NCBI GenBank assembly: GCA_044225365.1
Contig: JBGAIQ010000056.1
Location: 1 to 35,035, forward strand
Length of the DNA stretch: 35,035 nt
Direction of reading: 5' to 3'
Source: Planctomycetota bacterium
GTDB taxonomy: Bacteria; Planctomycetota; B15-G4; JADJEK01
A program made the translations under genes and the position numbers. Below the pieces are notes generated by a model. It saw only the letters and a list, made by a program, of their open reading frames with translations, had not been told where the DNA came from and did no database searches. Positions 1 through 9,117 of the stretch are shown here, piece after piece; the stretch's first letter is position 1; each line of letters opens with the position of its first letter.

Positions 1-1455
1 CTCGCGTTCCCGCGCGGTGAGGAATCCCGTGACGAGGAGGATCAGCGGATACGCGACGACCACGGCGGAGCCGCGCCGCAGGATCTGCCCGATGAGCTCG
101 AGCTTCGTCGGATCCTCGGGCATCGGCCAGTAGTGCATCATCGTGAAGATCACGACGATCGCGAAGCCGATGCGCACCACGCGAAGCCACTCGTATCGAA
201 CCTTCAGGTACTTGTACGAAGCGATGCCGATCAGGATCGCGAGCGCCGAATACGCTCCGAGTTGCGCGTATCCGGCGCCTCGGATGTCGATTCGGGGGAT
301 CAGGAAGAAGTTCAGCGCGGCGCAGATCACCGCCGCGATCGCGACGAGCGGCGGCATCTTCTTCGTCGATCCCGAGACCATGAGGCCCACCTTCGTGACC
401 TCGGAAAGACCGTAGATCGCAAACGCGAACGCTAGCAGCGGAATGACCGCGTGTGCGCTGCGGAAATTCCGGTCGAGCATCAATGCGACGAGCGGCTCGG
501 AAACCGCCGAGAGACCGAGCGCGAGGAGGACAGCGACCACGAGGTAGTACGTGGCACAGCGCCCGAGATCGGTCGTCGCGCTCTTGCGCTTCGCGACCTC
601 GTAGTAGACGGAGGGCCACAGCATCGTGAACGGCATCAGCAACACGCCGTCGAGGATCGATGCGAACGAAGCGCCGCGTCCATAGAGTCCGCTCGCCGAC
701 AGTCCGTTCTCCTCGCCGAGCAAGAACACGAAGATGAACAAGCTCGACGTATTGAGCAGGAAGATGAAGATCGCCTGCGGCACGAGCGGCAATCCGAAGT
801 GGACCATCTCCTTCGCACGGACGACATCGAAGCCGTTCCCGATCGATTGCGGCACGAATCGAACCGCGAGCAGGAGTGCGACTCCGGCTCCGATCAGATT
901 CGAGTAGATCATGCCGGCGGCGCCCATGCGTTCGACGACGACGAAGTAGATGTTGAGTCCGGCGCAGAGCAGGAATTCGGAACAACTGACGATGAGGAAT
1001 TCGCGACTGCGGTAATCGGCGCGGAGGATCTGGAAGCAGATGTTCTTCAGGTTCGCGAAGAAGTACGTGAGCAGCACGAATACGACGAGAGGCCAGTAAT
1101 CGCGCTTCCCCGTCACCAGGTGAGATGCATAGGGAGCGAGGGCGCCAACGAGGATGGCGACGATGGCGCTGCTCACCAGCGTGTAACGAAAGGCCGTCGA
1201 GATCGCGAGGGACTTCTCCTGGTCGTCGCGCGCCGAGTAGGCGTAGGCGCGGAAGAGCCCCGAGGGTACGGCTTGCGCCGCGATCATCATCGCCAGGTTG
1301 GAGAGTTGCGCGAGGTTGTCGGCGAGCCCGTAATCCTGCGGGGAGAGAGCGCGCGAGAGAATGGGCGACAAGATGAAGCCGACGAGACGCGTGAGCATCA
1401 AGCCGACCGCGAAGGCGGCTCCATGCCGCCCCATCTTGGTCAATACGTCTCGCAT
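1..1455 (-). CDS. wzx: Wzx-type oligosaccharide flippase (polysaccharide biosynthesis/MOP family), runs off the left edge
   Basis: Not in the ORF track. Spot translation by hand from ATG 1455: MRDVLTKMGRHGAAFAVGLMLTRLVGFILSPILSRALSPQDYG...FGLPLVP...AHAVIPLLAFAF...VVAYPLILLVTGFLTARERE. Multi-TM protein with the typical flippase N-terminal R-x-L-S-P-x-D-Y-G motif. Confidence 0.85.
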   Translation of the reverse strand, partial: MRDVLTKMGRHGAAFAVGLMLTRLVGFILSPILSRALSPQDYGLADNLAQLSNLAMMIAAQAVPSGLFRAYAYSARDDQEKSLAISTAFRYTLVSSAIVAILVGALAPYASHLVTGKRDYWPLVVFVLLTYFFANLKNICFQILRADYRSREFLIVSCSEFLLCAGLNIYFVVVERMGAAGMIYSNLIGAGVALLLAVRFVPQSIGNGFDVVRAKEMVHFGLPLVPQAIFIFLLNTSSLFIFVFLLGEENGLSASGLYGRGASFASILDGVLLMPFTMLWPSVYYEVAKRKSATTDLGRCATYYLVVAVLLALGLSAVSEPLVALMLDRNFRSAHAVIPLLAFAFAIYGLSEVTKVGLMVSGSTKKMPPLVAIAAVICAALNFFLIPRIDIRGAGYAQLGAYSALAILIGIASYKYLKVRYEWLRVVRIGFAIVVIFTMMHYWPMPEDPTKLELIGQILRRGSAVVVAYPLILLVTGFLTARERE

Positions 1456-1561
1456 TCGATCAGGAGCTCATGGCCTTCTGCGGAATCCACTCGTTTCGGC
1501 TCAAGTCGCGCGCGGAAGTTAGCGAAAAGAAGGACATCGCGAACTCCCGGGAGCCCGAAAC

Positions 1562-2083
1562 ATGGATGGTACGACCCGTCGCCTCTCATTCATCGAAGCG
1601 CTGATGTGCGGGGCCATCATCCTCGCGTCGGCGGGCGTCGTCGTTCCGACTCTCAAGATACGCGACATGGACGAACGGCGCTCGCAGATCGAACGAGATC
1701 TGCAATCGATCGCCGATGGAGTCCGGCACTACATCGACGACACGCACACGTTCCCGACCGGGGCTGCCGGCGCAACCTCGATCCACTTCCTCTATTCTGA
1801 CGGAATTCGGCCGGCAAACAACCCGTTCGAATCCGGACCGGGCCTGCCCGTCGGTGACTTCTTGCGCACCAGCTCCCTCGGCGGCGCGAATTGGCGCGGA
1901 CCCTACATGCCCGAGAAGATCGGCCCCGATCCGTGGGGCCACGCCTATATCGTGAACGTCAACGGCTTCTTCTCGAGTTCCGAGCGCACGATGGTGATCT
2001 GCGCGGGACCGAACGGCCAGATCAACACCGCCGCGTCCGCCACGATCGCGGGCGGCGACGACATCATGATGCTGATCGAGTAG
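1562..2083 (+). CDS. Type II secretion GspG-like (pseudo)pilin
   Basis: N-terminal hydrophobic helix with Glu at +5 (LSFIEAL). GspG-type motifs WRGPY, DPWG, AGPNG and GDDI. Confidence 0.75.
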   Translation: MDGTTRRLSFIEALMCGAIILASAGVVVPTLKIRDMDERRSQIERDLQSIADGVRHYIDDTHTFPTGAAGATSIHFLYSDGIRPANNPFESGPGLPVGDFLRTSSLGGANWRGPYMPEKIGPDPWGHAYIVNVNGFFSSSERTMVICAGPNGQINTAASATIAGGDDIMMLIE

Positions 2084-2100
2084 CTCGCGGGCACGAGCGA

Positions 2101-3240
2101 TCACGGCTTCAGGAACTCGACGCTCGACACCGCGACGTCGCCCGTCGTCTGGCCTCCGACGACGAGGACTCGTTGATCGGGTAGGACCACTGCGGCGGCA
2201 TCGTCGCGCGCGACTGCGAGTGATTTCGATTTCGAGAACGTGAGACTCAACGGGTCGAACACCTCGACCGACGCGAGGATCTCGTCATCGTCATGGCCGT
2301 CGTCCGATTCGCCGCCGAGGACGACGACGCGACCGTCCGCGAGAAGGACCTGACAATGGTCGGCGCGTGCGACTGCGAGCGAACCCGTCGCGCGGCACCG
2401 CAGGGTCAGGGGATCGAAGATCTCGGCGGACGCCTGGACTCGCGCCTTCTCGTCCTGGCCCGCGGTGATCAGGACGCGACCGTCGGAAAGGCGCGTCGCT
2501 CGGTGATCGTCACGCACCGTCGTGAGATCGGGACCGCGAACGAGCTTCATCGCCTTGGGATCGAAGAGATCGGTGGAGCGGCGTCCGACTCCGCCCGCGA
2601 TGAGCACGCGGCCGTCCACGAGCAAGGTTGCCGTGTGCGAGAGGCGCGGCTCCGACAGATCGGGCCCCGCGACGCTCTTGTTCGTCTTCGGATCGAAGAT
2701 CTCGGTCTTCGCGGTCGGCTTCTGATTGGCAAAGGCGCCGCCCGCGATGAAGATGCGGCCGTCCGGAAGCAATGTCGCGGTGAGCCCGAAGCGCGGACCG
2801 TGCAGCAGGACGCCGAGCGTTCGACACTCGCCGCGCACTCCCTTCGAAGGGTCGTAGAGTTCGATGCTGCCCGCGACGTCGCCGCCGACCAGGAACACGG
2901 CTCCATCGCTGCGCCTCACGGCGTCGTGGAACGCGCGGGACGCGAAGAGCTTGCCGGCGAGGGGAAAGGGCGGTGAGACGCGGCCTTCGCCGTCGTGGTA
3001 CGAGGGATCGACGATCTCGGCGGTCGCGAGCGTTGCCGTCAGCGACGTCTGCTTCGTGAGTCCGCCCGCGACGAATACGTTGCCGCCCGTCGTGAGCGTC
3101 GCGGTGCAGTTCACTCGCGGCGTGCTCAGGTGGAGCGGAACGAACGCGTCCAGCGCCTCCTTGTCGTCGTCGCCGGGACCGACGATCGGGGACGCCGACA
3201 CGGGGAAACCGAGCAAGAGCGCGAAAACAGCCGTGAACAC
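2101..3240 (-). CDS. Secreted Kelch-repeat (galactose-oxidase-type) beta-propeller protein
   Basis: Seven repeats such as RLSHTATLLVDGRVLIAGG. Start reassigned to GTG 3240, which has an AAGGAAGG SD and a signal peptide MFTAVFALLLGFPVSA. The track start at 3543 would overlap speD. Confidence 0.85.
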   Translation of the reverse strand: MFTAVFALLLGFPVSASPIVGPGDDDKEALDAFVPLHLSTPRVNCTATLTTGGNVFVAGGLTKQTSLTATLATAEIVDPSYHDGEGRVSPPFPLAGKLFASRAFHDAVRRSDGAVFLVGGDVAGSIELYDPSKGVRGECRTLGVLLHGPRFGLTATLLPDGRIFIAGGAFANQKPTAKTEIFDPKTNKSVAGPDLSEPRLSHTATLLVDGRVLIAGGVGRRSTDLFDPKAMKLVRGPDLTTVRDDHRATRLSDGRVLITAGQDEKARVQASAEIFDPLTLRCRATGSLAVARADHCQVLLADGRVVVLGGESDDGHDDDEILASVEVFDPLSLTFSKSKSLAVARDDAAAVVLPDQRVLVVGGQTTGDVAVSSVEFLKP

Positions 3241-3254
3241 GGGACGAGCCTTCC

Positions 3255-3282
3255 TTGACCGATCGTGCGCCGAACCTACACT
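3255..3282 (+). promoter_or_regulatory. Putative sigma70 promoter of the speD operon
   Basis: TTGACC (3255-3260), 16 nt, TACACT (3277-3282), 33 nt before the speD ATG. Confidence 0.5.
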
Positions 3283-3315
3283 CCGCGAAGCACCGTTCGA
3301 AAGCGCATAACGTCG

Positions 3316-3699
3316 ATGAAAAACCTCGGACTCCACGTCCTGCTCGACCTTGGTGGTTGTCCGCCGGAGTCCCTCCACGACCGCGATCTCCTCGCGCGAA
3401 TCCTGCGCGAAGCCGCCGCGGCGGCCGGCGCCACGATCGTCGGCGAGTTGTTCCATCGTTTTGCTCCCGTCGGGGTCTCCGGCGTCTCGGGTGTCCTCTT
3501 GATCGCGGAGTCCCACGTCTCCATCCACACGTGGCCCGAGCACGGTGCCGCCGCGCTCGACATCTACACGTGCGGCGACTCGTTCGACGCGGACGCCGCG
3601 GCGACGCTCCTCGAACGCGCACTCGGCGCCACGCAGGTGCAGCGTACAAGAGTTCGGCGCGGCATCGAACGCACGGCCAGCAGTCCTCGAGTCGCGTGA
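3316..3699 (+). CDS. speD: S-adenosylmethionine decarboxylase proenzyme (class 1B, pyruvoyl-dependent)
   Basis: GLHVLLDL N-terminus, self-cleavage motif AESHVSIHTWPE, DIYTCG. Adjacent to speE. Start at ATG 3316. Confidence 0.92.
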   Translation: MKNLGLHVLLDLGGCPPESLHDRDLLARILREAAAAAGATIVGELFHRFAPVGVSGVSGVLLIAESHVSIHTWPEHGAAALDIYTCGDSFDADAAATLLERALGATQVQRTRVRRGIERTASSPRVA

Positions 3700-4580
3700 C
3701 TTCGAGTCCTCACCAGCGCCGCTTCCGCGACACGTTCACGCCCGGCGAGACGATCGAGTACGACATCGTCCGAACGCTCCACGAGAGCCGCTCCGAGTAC
3801 CAGGAGATCGCGATCCACGAGTTCGTCGGCCACGGCCGTACGCTCGTGCTCGACGGCAACATCCAATCGTCCGAAGCGGACGAGCACCTTTATCACGAAG
3901 CCCTGGTGCAGCCGGCAATGCTCCTCTCGCGCGTTCCACCCAAGAGCGCGCTCGTGCTCGGCGGGGGCGAAGGCGCGACGCTGCGCGAAGTGCTGAAGCA
4001 CAGCTCGATCGAGCGAGCGGTGATGGTCGATCTCGATGCCGACGTGATCGCGGCCTGCCGCGAGCATCTCCCGATGTTCCATCGCGGCTCGTTCTTGGAC
4101 CCGCGAACGACGCTCGCCTTCGGCGACGCCTGCGAGTACCTCGCGCGACTCGACGGCACGGTGAAGTTCGACGTCGTGATCTCGGACGTCGTCGATCCGA
4201 ACGAGGCGCCCGCGAAGCACCTGTTCAGCCGCGAGTTCTTCGAGCTCGTGAAAGCGCATCTCGCGCCGGACGGCATGTTCGCCGCGCAGATCGGCCCCGC
4301 GTTCGCCGAGCACTTCGAGGCGGGAGCGCGCGCGGTCGCCGACATGAGCTTGGTGTTTCGAGCCGTGCTCGCGGGACACGTGTTCGTCCCGGTCTACCTC
4401 AGCCCGTGGGGCTTTGCCTGCGCCGCGGATCTTCCCCCCGATTTCACGACGATCGAGCGGCGCATCCGCGAGCGACTCGTGATCCCGCCGCGCTCGTTCG
4501 ACGCCGCAGACTTGCCCACCCTGCTCCACCTGCCGCTCGAACTGCGTGACGAGATCGCGGCGGCGAGGGCATCACGATGA
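3696..4580 (+). CDS. speE: Polyamine aminopropyltransferase (spermidine synthase family, GGGEG type)
   Basis: SEYQEI, LVLDGNIQS, YHEALV, LVLGGGEGATLREVLKH, MVDLD, FDVVISD. GTG start overlaps the speD stop (GTGA, 3696-3699). Confidence 0.9.
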   Translation: MTSSPHQRRFRDTFTPGETIEYDIVRTLHESRSEYQEIAIHEFVGHGRTLVLDGNIQSSEADEHLYHEALVQPAMLLSRVPPKSALVLGGGEGATLREVLKHSSIERAVMVDLDADVIAACREHLPMFHRGSFLDPRTTLAFGDACEYLARLDGTVKFDVVISDVVDPNEAPAKHLFSREFFELVKAHLAPDGMFAAQIGPAFAEHFEAGARAVADMSLVFRAVLAGHVFVPVYLSPWGFACAADLPPDFTTIERRIRERLVIPPRSFDAADLPTLLHLPLELRDEIAAARASR

Positions 4581-7099
4581 AGCCCTCGTGGTCGGCGGCC
4601 CGCACCGCGGCGGCGCTCACCTTCGTGGCTCTCGTCGCGGTGCCGATCTTCGCGAATCCCCTCTCGGCTCGCGTCTTCGACCCCGAACGCGCGATCCTGC
4701 TTCGCCTGCTGTGCATTCCCGCCTTGTTCGCGGCCATGCTGGCGATGGACGGGATCGCCCTTCGGACGCGGATCGACCTCGGGGCCGCTCTCTACTTCCT
4801 CGGCACGTTGCTCTCCTGCTTCTTCTCCGAGGCGCCGTCGTTCGCACTCTCCGGCGAGTACGCGCGGCAGATGGGCATCTTGACGGACGTCGCGCTGATC
4901 GGGGTGATGCTCGGCGCGGCGCGGATCGGCAAGGTCCCCGCGACGAGCGATCTCCTGATGCGCGCGCTCCTGCTCGTCGGTGCGGCTCACGGCATCCTCG
5001 CTGGAATCGAAGCGATCACTTCGAGGACGCTCGAAGGGCGGGCGATCGCGCTCGCGGGTGGAGCGACGTTCCTCGGCTCGCACCTCGGGCTCTTGCTCCC
5101 CGTTGCCATCGCACGCACGAAGAAGAAGACCGACATCCTCGTCACTCTCGCGATCGCGATCGGACTCCTGGCGAGCGGATCACGGGTCGCGCTGCTCGCC
5201 GCTGGCGCCGGCATCGGCGCGACGGCCATGCTGCGCGGCGGGAGAGCGGCGCGACGAATCGTCCTCGGCCTCATCGTCGCGGTCGGCCTCGTGGCGATTT
5301 CCGCATTGCCGCCGATTCGGACGTTGTTCCCCGATCAGTCGCTTCCCGCGCGGGTCGGCGCGCTCTTCCAGAGCGGCGATGTCGAACAGCGCTGGATGCT
5401 CTATCGCGACGCGCTGCACTCGCTGTGGAACGAGCCGCTCACCCTGCTGACGGGTCACGGTCCCGACTCGATCGGGACGATCTTCAGCGCGGACATCAGC
5501 GAATCACTGCAGCGTCGCCTCGGCGGCCGCGCACGTCTCGATCGATTCCATTGCGACCTGCTCGACCTGCTGTTCACGCGAGGGATCCTCGGGCTCGTCG
5601 GCCTCCTCGTCTTATTGGTCTCCGCGATCGTCTCGTCGCGCCGGCAGGAGACGGCGGATTCGGAGAAGCGCGGCCTGTACGGCTTGCTGATCGCGGCGCT
5701 CGTCGATTCGCTGCTCTCGGTGCCCGGAGTGACGAGCCGCTTGTTCGTGTTCGCAGCGGCAGGACTCGTCGAGGACTCCGCACCCGAGGCTCGTGTGGCG
5801 AAGGACGCCCCACTCCTGAGTACGAGCCCGAGCACGAGACCGGCGGGTTCGGTCGCGGGGCTCGTCGTGGCCACGGCGGCGATCGCGATCTTCTTCGCGA
5901 CGGCGGGGGACGCGAGGTCGCTCGTGGCGCTCGCCCTCGTCCCGCTCCTCGTCGTGAACTCGCCGTTGCGTGCGATCCTCACCGGATGCGGAGCGCTCGT
6001 ATTCTTCGTGTTCGCGCGGTTCCTCGTCGCACTCGGATTCGACATTGGGTCGTATCCCGAGATGGCCGCGATGCGATCGTTCGAGATCGGTCTCGTCGAC
6101 GTGGCGCTGATCGGAATCGCGCTCGTCCTCGCACGAGCGCTGGGAATCGAACGAGGGGCCGCACAGGAAGCCCCTCCTCGCGAGCAACGACCGCTGCGCA
6201 TCGGGCTCTCACTCACCGGCGTCGTCCTCGTCGGACTCGCCCTGCGCGACGACGTGCTCCGCCAGTCCGCCGACGCGCACGCCGCCATAGCGACTGCGGC
6301 GCAACACGACGTGCGTCGACCCGAGATCGCCACCGACCTGCTCGATCGCGCGACGCAGTTCGCCCCGGAGACGCTGCGCTACGAGATGCGGGCGGCGCTC
6401 GCCCGCGTCGACATCGCGGAATCGAAGCCCTCCTCCGAAGTCGCCGCGCTCGAGGAACTCTGGGTGAAGGCTGCGGAGCGGATCCACGCGGTCTCGCGTC
6501 GCGCCCCACGCGACGGCTTCCTGCTCGCGGAAGGCGCCGACGGACTGCTGCGACTCGCTTCACGCATTCCTTCGCAGCGCGGTCTCATCATCGCGCATGC
6601 GGCTTCACTCGCTCGGCCCGCGCTCGCGTATGCGCCGTACGCCTTGCCCGCGCTCCAAGTGAACGCGCGACTCGAACTCGAGCTCGATCATCCGGACATG
6701 GCACGCTCGCTCCTCGAACGCGCGCTCACGATCGACAACTCACCCGGACTCACGCACGTGCTGATGGGTCGGGCGAGCGCGCGGCAGGGCGAGGTCGCGA
6801 GCGCCGCGTGGTACTACGCGCTCGCACTTTCCAGCAACGTCGGCCGCGGCGAATCGCTCGCGGGGATCGCGCTCGCGGCGGCGGCGCAGGGCGGAACGAG
6901 CGAGTCCGCACAGGTCGTGCTCGAACTGACCGCGATCGCAAATCGCTACGCCGATCTGCGCGCCGAGGTGCGCGGCGCGCGGCCGCTGCTTCGCTACGTG
7001 GCGTGGGACCGACTCGTCGCCGTGATGGCGAAGGCCGAGCAGGATTGGAAGGGGGATCGCGCGACGTTCGAACGCGTGCGCGACGCTCTCGACTACTGA
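4577..7099 (+). CDS. O-antigen-ligase (Wzy_C)-like multi-TM protein with a C-terminal TPR-like helical region
   Basis: Many TM segments. SGSRVA (conserved Arg), GHGPDS and DRFHCDLLDLLFTRGILG match the G-x-G...H...G-x-x-G loop of WaaL/O-OTase-like proteins. Ala/Leu-rich helical repeats at the C-terminus. ATGA overlap with speE. Confidence 0.65.
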   Translation: MKPSWSAARTAAALTFVALVAVPIFANPLSARVFDPERAILLRLLCIPALFAAMLAMDGIALRTRIDLGAALYFLGTLLSCFFSEAPSFALSGEYARQMGILTDVALIGVMLGAARIGKVPATSDLLMRALLLVGAAHGILAGIEAITSRTLEGRAIALAGGATFLGSHLGLLLPVAIARTKKKTDILVTLAIAIGLLASGSRVALLAAGAGIGATAMLRGGRAARRIVLGLIVAVGLVAISALPPIRTLFPDQSLPARVGALFQSGDVEQRWMLYRDALHSLWNEPLTLLTGHGPDSIGTIFSADISESLQRRLGGRARLDRFHCDLLDLLFTRGILGLVGLLVLLVSAIVSSRRQETADSEKRGLYGLLIAALVDSLLSVPGVTSRLFVFAAAGLVEDSAPEARVAKDAPLLSTSPSTRPAGSVAGLVVATAAIAIFFATAGDARSLVALALVPLLVVNSPLRAILTGCGALVFFVFARFLVALGFDIGSYPEMAAMRSFEIGLVDVALIGIALVLARALGIERGAAQEAPPREQRPLRIGLSLTGVVLVGLALRDDVLRQSADAHAAIATAAQHDVRRPEIATDLLDRATQFAPETLRYEMRAALARVDIAESKPSSEVAALEELWVKAAERIHAVSRRAPRDGFLLAEGADGLLRLASRIPSQRGLIIAHAASLARPALAYAPYALPALQVNARLELELDHPDMARSLLERALTIDNSPGLTHVLMGRASARQGEVASAAWYYALALSSNVGRGESLAGIALAAAAQGGTSESAQVVLELTAIANRYADLRAEVRGARPLLRYVAWDRLVAVMAKAEQDWKGDRATFERVRDALDY

Positions 7100-7171
7100 A
7101 GCACGAACATCGTCTCCCGCGGCGCTCGCACCGCGTATCATTCGACCGTCCCTCTCCGCGGTGATTCGAGA

Positions 7172-8293
7172 ATGCGATCCGTAGCGCTGTCCCGCTTCCT
7201 GCTCGTCCTGGCTTCGACGACGATCTGCTTGATCGTCGCCGAATGTGCCTTGCGATGCATCCACCCGGAAGTAGCGGAGAATCGTCCGCTCAGTCTCTAT
7301 CGCTCCGACGCGATCACGGACTTCTCGCTGACTCCGGGTTACAGCAACAAGCAACCCGACGGCTCGACGATCACCATCAACTCGCTCGGATTGCGCGACG
7401 ACGAGATCGACGTGAAGAAGCCGCAGGGACGCCGGCGAGTCCTCTGCCTCGGCGACTCCTTCCCGTTCGGGCTCGGCGTCGAAGCGAAGGAGTCGTTCCC
7501 CAAGGTCTGCGAAGGCATCCTGCGCAGAGCGGGTCATCCCGAGGTCGACATCGTCGACTGCGGCGTCCCCGGATTCGGGACGGATCAATCGCTGCGATTC
7601 CTCGAGACGCGCGGACTCGAGCTCGAACCGGATGGCGTCGTGCTGTCGGTCTTCCCCGGCAACGACACGTTCGACGACATCACGAGTGGCGAGTATCAGG
7701 TCGTCGACGGACTGCTCGTGCCCGCCGGTTCGAATCACTCCGTGAAGGTGGCGCGATTCCTCGACCGCTTCGCGCTCTATCATCTCGTCGAATCCGCCTT
7801 CGCCAAGGACGAGAGCTCGCCGCGCGGGGGAACACCAGCGGCGAACGCGGCGCGCAAGCGCACCCCGCTCGAGATGTACGCGATCTACTCGAAGGTCGAC
7901 GAGGCCGGCAGCGAGGTTCTGATCGGGCGCGCCCACACCTTCGAGAACATCGCGAAGATGCAACTCCTCCTGCGCGCGCGAGGCATCCCGTTCGCCGTCG
8001 TCATCTGCCCGGGATTGCCGGAAGTCGATCGCGAGGCCGCGACGTCGACCGTCAAGACATTCGGCAAGGACTCGGCGGACTACGATTTCGCGAAGCCCTT
8101 GAAGCTCCTCGAGGTCGAGCTCACGCGCCTTGCGGTCCCGTTCGTCGATTTCGCGAAGCCCTTCGACGCGCTCGCGAAAGGTGACGGGCGACGGTTCTTC
8201 CTGCGCAACTACCACTACAACGCTCGCGGGAACGCGATCGCGGCGCAGGCGCTCGCCGATCTACTGCAAGCGACTCCGGGCCTCCTCCGCTGA
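7172..8293 (+). CDS. Membrane-anchored SGNH/GDSL-family protein (esterase or O-acetyltransferase-like)
   Basis: N-terminal TM, INSLGLRD, block I LCLGDSF, block II GVPGFGT, block III GND, C-terminal His in NYHYNARG. Confidence 0.85.
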   Translation: MRSVALSRFLLVLASTTICLIVAECALRCIHPEVAENRPLSLYRSDAITDFSLTPGYSNKQPDGSTITINSLGLRDDEIDVKKPQGRRRVLCLGDSFPFGLGVEAKESFPKVCEGILRRAGHPEVDIVDCGVPGFGTDQSLRFLETRGLELEPDGVVLSVFPGNDTFDDITSGEYQVVDGLLVPAGSNHSVKVARFLDRFALYHLVESAFAKDESSPRGGTPAANAARKRTPLEMYAIYSKVDEAGSEVLIGRAHTFENIAKMQLLLRARGIPFAVVICPGLPEVDREAATSTVKTFGKDSADYDFAKPLKLLEVELTRLAVPFVDFAKPFDALAKGDGRRFFLRNYHYNARGNAIAAQALADLLQATPGLLR

Positions 8294-8295
8294 GT

Positions 8296-9117
8296 TCACG
8301 CCGGACGGATTCGTTCCGCGCCGGAATAGACGTTGAAGCGATTTCCCCGCAGGAATCCCACGAGCGTGAGATTACCTTGCTTGCAGACGTCGATCGCGAG
8401 CGACGACGGTGCCGACACGGACGCGAGGATCGGGATCCCGGCGCGCCACGCCTTCTGCGCGATCTCGAATCCCGCGCGCCCCGACACCAGGAGGATCGTG
8501 TTCGAAAGGGGCAGGAGTCCAAACCGCATCGCGGCGCCGATCACTTTGTCGACGGCGTTGTGGCGGCCGACGTCCTCTTTCAGTTCGAGCCGATGGCCAA
8601 GCGCGTCGAACAACGCGGCGGCGTGGAGCCCGCCCGTCCCCGCGAACACCGCTTGCGCGGACGCGAGCGATTCCGGCAACTGCGTGAGGATCTCGTGCGC
8701 AATGAAAGGACCGTCGGCAACGCGCGGCGCCTTCGCCTTCAATTCGTCCAGCGTGCGCTTTCCACACACGCCGCACGCCGCGCTCGCGAGTTGCAGGCGC
8801 TGCGAGACGAGTCGCCGCGGATCGAGTCCATCGCGCAACTGCACGCTCACCACGTTGCCTCGCTCGTCCTCCTTCGCCTCGTCGCACCGCGCGAGTCCCG
8901 CGATGTCGTCCGGCGACTCGACGAATCCCTCGCTGTACAAGAGGCCGCGAACGAGGTCGAAGTCGTCGCCCGGCGTGCGCATCGTGACGAGCAGACGCTC
9001 GCCCGTGAGACGGATCTCGAGCGGTTCCTCGACGACGACGCGGTCGACTTCGCTCGCACCGCCGGGATATCGCACGAGTGATGCGTCGCGCGAGGCATCG
9101 TCCTCGCGGGAGGTCAA
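8296..9117 (-). CDS. fdhD: Formate dehydrogenase accessory sulfurtransferase FdhD
   Basis: VVEEPLEI, TMRTPGDD, SAACGVCG, TGGLHAAALF, EDVGRHNAVDKVIG, VSAPSSLA. TTG start 9117 overlaps the upstream stop (TTGA). Confidence 0.93.
   Translation of the reverse strand: MTSREDDASRDASLVRYPGGASEVDRVVVEEPLEIRLTGERLLVTMRTPGDDFDLVRGLLYSEGFVESPDDIAGLARCDEAKEDERGNVVSVQLRDGLDPRRLVSQRLQLASAACGVCGKRTLDELKAKAPRVADGPFIAHEILTQLPESLASAQAVFAGTGGLHAAALFDALGHRLELKEDVGRHNAVDKVIGAAMRFGLLPLSNTILLVSGRAGFEIAQKAWRAGIPILASVSAPSSLAIDVCKQGNLTLVGFLRGNRFNVYSGAERIRPA

Noticed and set aside
451-1800. 449-aa plus-strand ORF and similar long ORFs (4546-7164, 9078-11426, 13824-16346, 19553-22474, 26276-29485, 33038-34714)
   Set aside because: Antisense or off-frame shadows of well-supported genes. 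Arg-rich, motif-free translations are expected in high-GC DNA.
3472-3495. GVSGVSGV three-residue duplication in SpeD
   Set aside because: Small loop insertion. The ESH cleavage motif is intact and no functional consequence can be supported.
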